A stretch of 64,000 nt of DNA from Vulcanimicrobiales bacterium (GTDB taxonomy: Bacteria; Vulcanimicrobiota; Vulcanimicrobiia; Vulcanimicrobiales; Vulcanimicrobiaceae), in contig JBBRLI010000001.1 in assembly GCA_038231455.1 (NCBI GenBank), positions 256,001-320,000 of the forward strand. The letters run 5' to 3'. The first letter of the stretch is position 1; each line of letters starts with the position of its first letter. The position numbers and the translations under genes were made by a program. The notes under the pieces were generated by a model that was given only the letters and a program-made list of their open reading frames with translations, did no database searches and was not told the origin of the DNA. Positions 56,669 through 64,000 of the stretch are shown here, one piece after another.

Positions 56669-57328
56669 ATGAGCGCGCTCGCACCACTCCTCGGGGAGTA
56701 CCGATTGACCGTACCGGCGATGTCGCCGGCTTCGATGCGCGCGACGAAAGCGGCACCGAGTCCCGAAACCTTCGAAACGATCGTCGATGACTACCAGCGC
56801 CGCCTCTACGGCTTCGCGCTGCGTATGACGGGTAACCGTGAAGACGCCGAAGAGATCGTTCAGGACGCCTTCGTTCGCGCCTATCGCGCCCTTGCCAAGA
56901 TGGACGCCGAGCAACGAAGCGAGCTGCGCCTGCAGCCCTGGCTCTATACGATCACGCTCAACGTTACGCGCAATCGCTTGCGCTCGAAGCGTCCGACGAA
57001 CGTCGCGCTCGACTCGCTGGCTGATCCCGATGCGCTCCTGAACGAGACCCAAGAGGGTCCCGATCAGCCGGAAGCGATTGTGGAACGCGGCGCCGACATG
57101 GTGCTCGTCGAGCAAGCGCTCCTGCAGCTCCCAATGCATTTACGCGCCGCAGCGACGCTCCGTTTTATCGAAGGCCGAAGCCACCCGGAGATCGCGGAAA
57201 TCTTGAACCAACCAATCGGAACGGTGAAATCGCACGTTCACCGAGCGGTACGCATCCTGCGCCGCATCCTCGGGCCGCAAGTCGGACGCATCGTGCAAAA
57301 CGAGGAGAAGTCCGATGAAATGCTGTGA
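56669..57328 (+). CDS. ECF sigma-70 factor
   Basis: Region 2 (LYGFALRMTGNREDAEEIVQDAFVRAY, PWLYTI..N) and region 4 (EIAEILNQPIGTVKSHVHRA). Confidence 0.95.
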   Translation: MSALAPLLGEYRLTVPAMSPASMRATKAAPSPETFETIVDDYQRRLYGFALRMTGNREDAEEIVQDAFVRAYRALAKMDAEQRSELRLQPWLYTITLNVTRNRLRSKRPTNVALDSLADPDALLNETQEGPDQPEAIVERGADMVLVEQALLQLPMHLRAAATLRFIEGRSHPEIAEILNQPIGTVKSHVHRAVRILRRILGPQVGRIVQNEEKSDEML

Positions 57329-58091
57329 TGTCGAAGCCCTTTGGGACGAAATGCGCGAAGGCATCGAACCCCGTCGCGAACACGTGCTCGCGCATCTGCG
57401 CGGTTGCCCGCCGTGCCAAGACATGTATTCGCAGTACGAGGGCATCGCCTATTGCCTGACGTGCCTCCCAATCGTGGAACCGCCGCAGAGCATGGTGCCG
57501 AAGATCCTCGAGCACATCCGCGAGTCGGTCGCCCGTAAAACCCCGCCGCCCGACAACATCGCAAAGATGGAGTCACCGATCGGTGTCCTCCACGTCGCCT
57601 TCCGTAACACCGGCATCACCTACATCGGCCTCAACCGAGGCGAAGACGACGAAGAACTGATCGCCCGCGTTGCACGCCGCCTCCACCGCGGCCTCGTCCC
57701 CTCAAGCGCCCCGCAGTGGGTCACCGACGTCGTCGCCCGCTTCTTCCGCACGCACACGGTCGAAGCCGACAAGATCGACATCAGCGACCTCACGCCGTTC
57801 GAACAACTCGCGCTGCGAAAAGCCCACGAAATCCCCCCGGGCGAAGTCCGCAGCTACGGCTGGATCGCAAAAGAAATCGGCCACCCCCACGCCGCACGAG
57901 CCGTCGGCCAAACCATGGCCCGCAACCCCGTAGCACTGCTCTTCCCATGCCACCGCGTAGTCGATTCAGCCGGCGATCTCCACAACTACGCATACGGTAT
58001 CGAGATCAAAGCCCGTCTCCTCGAGATGGAAGGCTACCACCGCCCAGCAACGCGATCGACGCTACAAACCACACTACTAAAAATTCAATAA
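57315..58091 (+). CDS. Zinc anti-sigma (zf-HC2/ZAS) domain fused to O6-alkylguanine-DNA alkyltransferase (Ogt)
   Basis: C3-x23-H27-x3-C31-x2-C34; C-terminal IPPGEVRSYG, ARAVG, NP, PCHRVV, LLEME; no TM. Confidence 0.9.
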   Translation: MKCCDVEALWDEMREGIEPRREHVLAHLRGCPPCQDMYSQYEGIAYCLTCLPIVEPPQSMVPKILEHIRESVARKTPPPDNIAKMESPIGVLHVAFRNTGITYIGLNRGEDDEELIARVARRLHRGLVPSSAPQWVTDVVARFFRTHTVEADKIDISDLTPFEQLALRKAHEIPPGEVRSYGWIAKEIGHPHAARAVGQTMARNPVALLFPCHRVVDSAGDLHNYAYGIEIKARLLEMEGYHRPATRSTLQTTLLKIQ

Positions 58092-58184
58092 AACAATGCA
58101 GGTCTAGTCGAATCAAAAACGAGAACACCGCTCGTACATGACATCCGCGGCCCCGCCAGACAACAGAGAATGGCGGTTAACAGA

Positions 58185-58334
58185 CGGATTAGAGGAGGTG
58201 ATCATCGTTACTAGTGACTGTCCCAAACGAACCTCAAAAGTGAACACGATGATTGGAGGTGGCCTGACCTAATAAGTCAGTCCACAAACAAAAAACCACT
58301 CAAGTCCGCCGGCCGCAACGAGCCGGCTTTTTTT
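58185..58334 (+). ncRNA. Candidate structured small RNA / short-ORF transcript; 5' end unknown
   Basis: GAGGAGGTGATC extended SD, ATCATCGT/ACGATGAT stem, GTGG-CTGAC/GTCAG-CCAC hairpin with TAATAA loop, own terminator. Confidence 0.5.
58308..58334 (+). terminator. Intrinsic terminator
   Basis: GCCGGC-CGCAACGA-GCCGGC-TTTTTTT. Confidence 0.8.
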
Positions 58335-58431
58335 GCCCAAACCAAAAGCCAAAATCCCTGAAAAAAAAAGCAACCCGCCGTTCAAGCACGCCCACCGAGT
58401 TCGAAGAACGAGTAATCCAAAAATCGTGCCA

Positions 58432-58575
58432 GGCTTCGGTTGGAGTGGGGGTGTGGCGGGGCGTGCGAGCTTTTCGCGGAGCCCGGAGGGCGGGAGCGAA
58501 AAGTCGCCGAGTAAGTTTTTCCCATGGATGGGAAAAACTGGACGCCCCCGCCGCACCCCCACCCCAACCGAAGCC
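58432..58575. repeat. Branched inverted-repeat element (REP/MITE-like or structured RNA)
   Basis: About 33-bp imperfect outer IR (58432-58464/58542-58575) enclosing two hairpins (58465-58507, 58514-58539). Confidence 0.7.
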
Positions 58576-58650
58576 CGCCACCCGAGGCAATTACGAAAGA
58601 GACAAACCGCCAACTAGGAAGAAAGGCGGTTTGCGCCAACGTCCCACACC

Positions 58651-59352
58651 GTGTCAAAGCACGTCCTATTAACGGGTTTCGAGCCGTTTGGCCCCCACAA
58701 GGTAAACCCGAGCGAAATGCTCGTGAAGAGCCTCGAAGGACGCCTAATAGCCGGCCGCCTTATCGTTATCCGGGTCTTGCCCTCGGAGACGCGCACCATG
58801 CACGAACGTCTGGAGACGGCTCTTCACGATGAACAGCCGGACCTGATCATCGGCGTCGGTCTTGCCGCCGGCCGCGGGAGCCTCGCGCTCGAACGCCTGG
58901 CCGTAAACGTCCTTGATTTCGACATGCCAGACGCGGTTGGCGTGCAGAAAAAAGATGATGTGATCGCACGCGGCGGACCGGATGCGCGAATCGCATCGAT
59001 CCCGTTCAATGAAATTGTCGATGGCTGGAAAGCCGCCGGCATCCCGGGATATATCTCGAATTCGGCGGGAACATATTTGTGCAATCAGTGGCTCTATGAA
59101 TCGCTGACGCTGGCGAGCGTGGCGGCACCGCCGATTCCGGTCGGCTTCTTACACGTTCCGCTTTTGCCGGGTCAGGCGATGGAAGCCGGCGCTGAGAAAA
59201 CCCCGTCGATGTCGCTCGACACGATGCGCCGAGGACTGGAATCGATGATCGAAACGATCGTGCCGTGGATCGAATCGCGACCGCACGAAAAACTTACCAA
59301 GTCGGGACCGTCCGTTTGGATTCCCCGCGGATTACGAGAAGTTGAACGATAG
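58651..59352 (+). CDS. pcp: Pyroglutamyl-peptidase I
   Basis: LLTGFEPFG...NPS, LERLAVN, SAGTYLCN, GFLHVP (E-C-H triad). Confidence 0.95.
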   Translation: MSKHVLLTGFEPFGPHKVNPSEMLVKSLEGRLIAGRLIVIRVLPSETRTMHERLETALHDEQPDLIIGVGLAAGRGSLALERLAVNVLDFDMPDAVGVQKKDDVIARGGPDARIASIPFNEIVDGWKAAGIPGYISNSAGTYLCNQWLYESLTLASVAAPPIPVGFLHVPLLPGQAMEAGAEKTPSMSLDTMRRGLESMIETIVPWIESRPHEKLTKSGPSVWIPRGLREVER

Positions 59353-61234
59353 CGAACACGGCGATCCCCGGATCGCCGCCATCCCCGACGTCCACGGACA
59401 CGCCAAAGGCGAACACAAACCGTATGCGGAGGAACGGCCGATTCCGCTCTCCGCGCGGATGCTGTTCCTCTGGTTCTTCCATGCGTGCAAGCGCGGTTCG
59501 CCGCGATTCCTGATGGTCTCCGACCACATGAATTACCTGACGTTCGAAGATCCCGCAGCGGTGAATCTCGTGCGCCGCGCTCTCAAACTCGCGCAGGCCG
59601 GCGATCTTTACGGCGCTGCGGAAACCGCCGGCGTCGATGTCGGCCACGCGGCGGTCGTCTCCGACGGTCTACGGCGTGGAATGCGCTATTCGATCGGTGC
59701 TGAGGTCGACAACGATCCGCGCGCTCGGCCCGATGCGCAGAACATCGTCGATGCAATGAAGCCCGACGGCATGATCCGCTCGGTGCACTTCCTTACGATC
59801 GATCACCCGACGCACGGCGCCGGTTGGAATTGGCCGTTCGATAATCCCGAGTTCAGCTCGCTCTTCGACCATGTCGGAGTCGAGAAGACGTGGGAACTCT
59901 ACATGGCAACGCTCATCGATGCAATCGAACGGCTGCCGGGCAATATCGTCGGTCACTTCTACGTACCCGCGATCTTCGGCCACTGGCCCGACGATGCGAC
60001 ACTCGAAAAATACGAAGACCAACTGCTCGACGCATGCGCCGCGCGCGAAATGGCGATCGAATTCAATACGCGCTTTCTCTATCGCGACCGAACCGACGAA
60101 GAGCGAGCAAAGTACATCGCGGCCAACCGTCGCCTGTTGCGCAAAGCCAAAGAGCGCGGCGTAGGGATCGCGGTCGGCGCCGATGCGCACAGCCCCAAAG
60201 ACCAAGGCCACGCGTTCGATCAGGTCCTCGCGATTCTCGATGAACTCGAAATCAACGAACTGGTCTTTCCGATCGGCGGGCGTCTGTTGCGCGTTGCGCT
60301 GCGTGTCGTCAAAGAACCCGAACCGCCCGCACCCGAACCGCCGCCGGTGCCCGAACCCGTCAAGCCGGTTCGCAAAGCGCGCACAAGTGAGTCGCCCAAA
60401 GAGCGACCCTCCGATGAAACCCCGGCCAAGCCCGACAAAGAAACGAAGCGCCGCACGGGCGGAACGAAGCTCGAAACGACCGACACGCCCGAACGCGAGA
60501 GCACGGACAGCGCGACGGTCCTCGAGTCGAGTGCCGATACACCCGCACCCAAAGCGAAAGCCAAGAAGGCAGCGCCCAAAGATGCGCCTTCGCACGCAGT
60601 CGGTGCCGTCTCCGATGCGATCAAATCCGTGGCTGAGGCAGCGGTGAACGCCGTCGCGTCCATTCTGCCAGGTCTCAAAGCGAAGGCTCCGTCAAAGACG
60701 AAAACCGACGCAACCGCCGTGAAGCCGGAAGCGAAATCCGCGTCCATCAAAGCCCCGTCCCTCAAAGCCGCGCCCGCAAAAGCCAGTCCCGCGAAGGCCG
60801 CGCCAGCGAAGGCTGCGCCGATAAAGGCGATGCCCGCCAAAGCCGTTTCGGTGAAGGCGAAAGCGCCCGTAAAACCCGCTCCGAAAGTCATGGCGAAAGC
60901 AAAAGCACCGGCGAAACCGGCACCGAAACCGGCACCGAAGAAAGCGGCGGCGAAAGCCGCGCCTAAAACGAAGCCGGCCGCTAAAGCGAAGCCCGCATCG
61001 AAGGCGAAAGCCGCGCCGGTCAAGGCCAAAGCGAAAGCCGCGAAAGCGAAGCCGAAGGCAGCACCGAAGCGCGCCGCGGTGAAACCCGCGAAAAAAGCCG
61101 CGAAGCCCGCAGCGCATAAGCCTACGCCGAAGAAACCCGCGAAAAAGGCACCGCCTCGACCGGCTCGCCCTGCCGCGAAAAAACCCGCTGCTAAGAAATC
61201 AGCGGCGAAGAAAACAACGAAGCGCTCGCGCTAA
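59342..61234 (+). CDS. PHP-family phosphoesterase (HisPPase-like) with long Lys/Ala/Pro histone-H1-like tail
   Basis: DVHGH, SDHM, GAEVD, SVHF, VGH, IEFNT, GADAH; tail of AKPA/KKAA repeats. Confidence 0.85.
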   Translation: MNDSEHGDPRIAAIPDVHGHAKGEHKPYAEERPIPLSARMLFLWFFHACKRGSPRFLMVSDHMNYLTFEDPAAVNLVRRALKLAQAGDLYGAAETAGVDVGHAAVVSDGLRRGMRYSIGAEVDNDPRARPDAQNIVDAMKPDGMIRSVHFLTIDHPTHGAGWNWPFDNPEFSSLFDHVGVEKTWELYMATLIDAIERLPGNIVGHFYVPAIFGHWPDDATLEKYEDQLLDACAAREMAIEFNTRFLYRDRTDEERAKYIAANRRLLRKAKERGVGIAVGADAHSPKDQGHAFDQVLAILDELEINELVFPIGGRLLRVALRVVKEPEPPAPEPPPVPEPVKPVRKARTSESPKERPSDETPAKPDKETKRRTGGTKLETTDTPERESTDSATVLESSADTPAPKAKAKKAAPKDAPSHAVGAVSDAIKSVAEAAVNAVASILPGLKAKAPSKTKTDATAVKPEAKSASIKAPSLKAAPAKASPAKAAPAKAAPIKAMPAKAVSVKAKAPVKPAPKVMAKAKAPAKPAPKPAPKKAAAKAAPKTKPAAKAKPASKAKAAPVKAKAKAAKAKPKAAPKRAAVKPAKKAAKPAAHKPTPKKPAKKAPPRPARPAAKKPAAKKSAAKKTTKRSR

Positions 61235-61264
61235 CGCGCGACGCCGAAGGAGGATCCAGGAACG

Positions 61265-62902
61265 GTGCAACGGACGATCGGCGCACTTCTGTGCGCGTGC
61301 CTTCTCGTGTCATGCTCGAAAACGGCAGACGTGGGCGGCGGCAGTGCAAGTGGTTTGCACCCCTGGTCGACGGCGGGTCATCTCAAGATCGGCATTCAGC
61401 GCTCGCCAACGACGCTCAATCCGATCCTCGCCGGGAACACGACGGAGTCGATGATCAATCGACTCAGCTTCAGTTTGCTCACCACCGTGAGCGCCGACGG
61501 CAAGCAGACGTTGCCGGATCTCGCAGCGGACGTGCCGACCGAAGCGAACGGCGGCATTAGTAAAGACGGCCTGACAATCACCTACAAATTGCGGACGGGC
61601 GTGAAGTGGCACGACGGCGCGCCATTTTCGAGCAAAGACGTGAAGTTCACGTGGTCGGCGATTATGAGCGAAGTGAACAACGTGCCATCGCGCACGGGTT
61701 ATGAAGATGTCAAATCGGTCGACACTCCTGACGATGCGACCGTGATCTTCCACCTCAAACATAAGTTCGCGCCGTTCGTGAATACGGTCTTCGGCGAGAG
61801 CGACGATCCGCTCGGCATTTTGCCCGAGCACTTGCTCGGGAAACTCAAAGACGTGAACCGAATTCCGTTCAACAACGAGCCGGTCGGAACAGGTCCGTTC
61901 AAAGTTACGCGCTGGATTCGCAACGATCATATCGAGCTTGTTGCCAACGACGATTATTTCAAAGGCAAGCCGAAGCTGCGCACGATCGAAATCAAAGATA
62001 TTCCCGATGAAAATACGTCGGTAAACGCCCTGCGTACGCACGACATCGATTGGATCTTCGAGGCCTCACCAAATCTCTACAACGTGCTCAAGACCGTGCC
62101 GGACGTGCACCTCTTGCTCAACAGTCAGCCGCAAACGTTGAGCCTCTACATCAATAACTCGCGGCCGTATCTTGCGGACATACGCGTCCGTCAAGCGATC
62201 GCCTACGCAATCGACAAACAAGCCCTCGTCAACAAGACGACGGGCGGCTCGGCAACCGTCGCGCAAGCCGATCAGCCACCGTTTTCTTGGGCGTACGAAC
62301 CGAACGTCGCGACCTATCCGACCAGCGTAGCGAAAGCAAAAGCACTGCTCGCTCAAGCCGGGTATGCACCCGACCCGAACGGCATCATGCAGAAAAACGG
62401 CGTTCCGCTCGCGATGAATCTCTCGTACAACGTCGAGAACGCAACCCGCCGCCTCGTCGCCGTCCAAGTTCAGGCGATGTTAAAAGGCATCGGTATCGAT
62501 GCGAGCATCAAGACGTATCCGGCCGATCTGCTCTTTGCAAACTTCGGTCAAGGCGGCATTCTCAAAACCGCCAAGTACGATCTGAATATCGGCGGTTGGA
62601 TTGCGGGCGTCGACCCCGACGATCATTCGCTCTTCGGGTGCGATCAGTTTCCGCCCAACGGCACGAACTATTTCCGCTATTGCTCCAAGGCCATGGACGC
62701 AGCGCAAAAAGAAGCGCTCGACACCTACGATCAAGCCAAACGCAAGATCGCGTATTCGAAAATCCAAAAGATTCTCGCGACGGACTTGCCGGAAATCTTC
62801 ATTTGGTATCCGCGCCAGCTCCAGCCGACCAATCCGGATTTCAAGGGCTTTACCCCTAACCCGGTCAACGAGGCGTGGAACGCTTACGAATGGGAAATCT
62901 AA
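61265..62902 (+). CDS. Family-5 ABC solute-binding lipoprotein
   Basis: Lipobox LVSC, ANGGISKDGLTITYKLR.GVKWHDG, PVGTGPF, VRQAIAYAIDK. Confidence 0.9.
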   Translation: MQRTIGALLCACLLVSCSKTADVGGGSASGLHPWSTAGHLKIGIQRSPTTLNPILAGNTTESMINRLSFSLLTTVSADGKQTLPDLAADVPTEANGGISKDGLTITYKLRTGVKWHDGAPFSSKDVKFTWSAIMSEVNNVPSRTGYEDVKSVDTPDDATVIFHLKHKFAPFVNTVFGESDDPLGILPEHLLGKLKDVNRIPFNNEPVGTGPFKVTRWIRNDHIELVANDDYFKGKPKLRTIEIKDIPDENTSVNALRTHDIDWIFEASPNLYNVLKTVPDVHLLLNSQPQTLSLYINNSRPYLADIRVRQAIAYAIDKQALVNKTTGGSATVAQADQPPFSWAYEPNVATYPTSVAKAKALLAQAGYAPDPNGIMQKNGVPLAMNLSYNVENATRRLVAVQVQAMLKGIGIDASIKTYPADLLFANFGQGGILKTAKYDLNIGGWIAGVDPDDHSLFGCDQFPPNGTNYFRYCSKAMDAAQKEALDTYDQAKRKIAYSKIQKILATDLPEIFIWYPRQLQPTNPDFKGFTPNPVNEAWNAYEWEI

Positions 62903-62905
62903 CTC

Positions 62906-63469
62906 GTGCACGATGACCGGCCGCCGAGCGGCGAGCCTTCGCGGCTCGCCCGTATCCCCGAACTCAAATGGCTCCAGTCGATCATCATGGAGCGCGCGCT
63001 CACGCGCGGCGACTATCTGCTCGCCGGCGGCGCACGCAGCGACTATTACATCGATAAATTCCGCCTATTCTCCGACCCGCACGTGTTGCGGCGCATCGCC
63101 CGGCTCTTCGCACCGATCGTCGCCGAGCTCAAACCGGACTTAATCGGCGGCACGGAACTCGGCGGTGTGATCATTGCGACGGCCGTCTCGCAGATGACCG
63201 ATCTGCCGATGCTCATCGTGCGCAAAGCACCCAAGTCGTACGGCGCGTTTGCCGATGAATTCGTCGAAGGCGGCTACTCGCCCGGGCAACGCGTACTCTT
63301 ACTCGAGGACGTCGTGACGAGCGCTCGCGAAGTGCTCGCGGCGAAAGCCCGGCTTGAAGAGCTGCAGCTCAAGGTCAACGTCTACGCGATCGTTTCGCGC
63401 GGACTCGCACCGGTGAACTCGCTCATTCAGTTCGCGCTACCGCGCGGCGAAGCCAAAACCGACAACTAG
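62906..63469 (+). CDS. pyrE: Orotate phosphoribosyltransferase-like protein
   Basis: GDYLLAGGARSDYYIDK, GGTELGG, IVRKAPKSYG, LLEDVVTS. Confidence 0.75.
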   Translation: MHDDRPPSGEPSRLARIPELKWLQSIIMERALTRGDYLLAGGARSDYYIDKFRLFSDPHVLRRIARLFAPIVAELKPDLIGGTELGGVIIATAVSQMTDLPMLIVRKAPKSYGAFADEFVEGGYSPGQRVLLLEDVVTSAREVLAAKARLEELQLKVNVYAIVSRGLAPVNSLIQFALPRGEAKTDN

Positions 63470-63485
63470 CCCGAGCTGCGCTGCA

Positions 63486-64000
63486 TCAGCCGAGGCTAAT
63501 GCGATTACCGTCTTCGGCGACGTGGACAGTGCCGCTGAAGATTGCCGAGGCGGGCTCTTGCAGATCGGCCCGCGTTGCCGTTTCATGATAGTGCGTGAGC
63601 AACAGTTGGCGCGCACCGGCCTCGTGTGCCATCGTCGCTGCTTCATGCGCCGAGCAGTGGCCGCGCATGCCGAGTTCCAGATCGTCAGCGCGCAGCGTCG
63701 CCTCGCAGATGAACATGTCGGTATCGCGGGCGATCTCTGAGACGCGCGCATCGGGTGCGGTATCTGCCGAGTACGTGAGCGATGTGCCCTCGCGTTCGTA
63801 ACGAACGGCGAATGCCGGGATATAGTGGGCCGTAGGCGCGAAGCGCAGTTGCGCGTCGCCCAGGTGCAAGGTTTTTGTGGGGTCGTACGTGTGGATATCG
63901 AAGACGGCCGCGAGGAAATCGCCTGCGCCTTCGTCGGCGAACGCCGAGACCATCTGCCGCAGCATTCGTTCGCCGTCGGGCGGCAAGTACACCGGCAGTT
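63486..64000 (-). CDS. MBL-fold hydrolase (RNase Z/phosphodiesterase-like), 5' end outside window
   Basis: TAHYIP, LTYSADT, FICEAT, GHCSAHEA, LLLTHY. Confidence 0.85.
   Translation of the reverse strand, partial: LPVYLPPDGERMLRQMVSAFADEGAGDFLAAVFDIHTYDPTKTLHLGDAQLRFAPTAHYIPAFAVRYEREGTSLTYSADTAPDARVSEIARDTDMFICEATLRADDLELGMRGHCSAHEAATMAHEAGARQLLLTHYHETATRADLQEPASAIFSGTVHVAEDGNRISLG

Noticed and set aside
58185-58290. tmRNA, because TAATAA sits in a hairpin loop as in tmRNA helix 5
   Set aside because: No tRNA-like 5' GGGG or T-arm/CCA 3' end, the peptide does not end in an AA-type tag, and the region is too short
58269-58832. Several short overlapping ORFs in the ORF track
   Set aside because: They cross a terminator and the inverted-repeat element and give low-complexity translations with no RBS
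60690-61230. Tandem repeats suggesting a CRISPR or DNA repeat array
   Set aside because: Degenerate codon-level repeats of K/A/P protein sequence; no constant repeat-spacer period
1-64000. Prophage, IS, integron, defence island, tRNA or rRNA
   Set aside because: No integrase, transposase, structural or nuclease motifs, and no cloverleaf or rRNA-like stretch found by reading

Overview
GC-rich (roughly 60-65% by eye), gene-dense bacterial chromosomal segment with about 60 CDSs. I saw no rRNA, tRNA, CRISPR array, transposase or phage genes. The gene repertoire (several orphan family-5 solute-binding proteins, a copper-amine-oxidase-N-terminal/beta-barrel envelope protein, DUF885, DUF5069, PSPSP linkers) suggests a diderm Terrabacterium such as Ca. 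Eremiobacterota/Vulcanimicrobiota; this is inference. Recognisable modules: truncated lemA-TPM-TPM, ndh, TolC+MFP, CrtD-like desaturase, tldD/pmbA, folD, Fe/Mn and Cu/Zn SODs, sufR plus an atypical iscU-like gene divergent from sufCDSU (no sufB), a liv-type ABC operon, arsR-SRPBCC-DUF899-DUF2182, acs, GH125, pcp and pyrE. The best candidate for a new system is an ECF sigma factor translationally coupled to a soluble zinc anti-sigma (ZAS) domain fused to an intact O6-alkylguanine alkyltransferase, i.e. a possible sigma-based alkylation-damage switch. It is followed by a structured small RNA/short-ORF element, a branched inverted-repeat element and a PHP phosphoesterase with a histone-H1-like tail. 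All assignments come from reading motifs by eye; no searches or folding programs were run.
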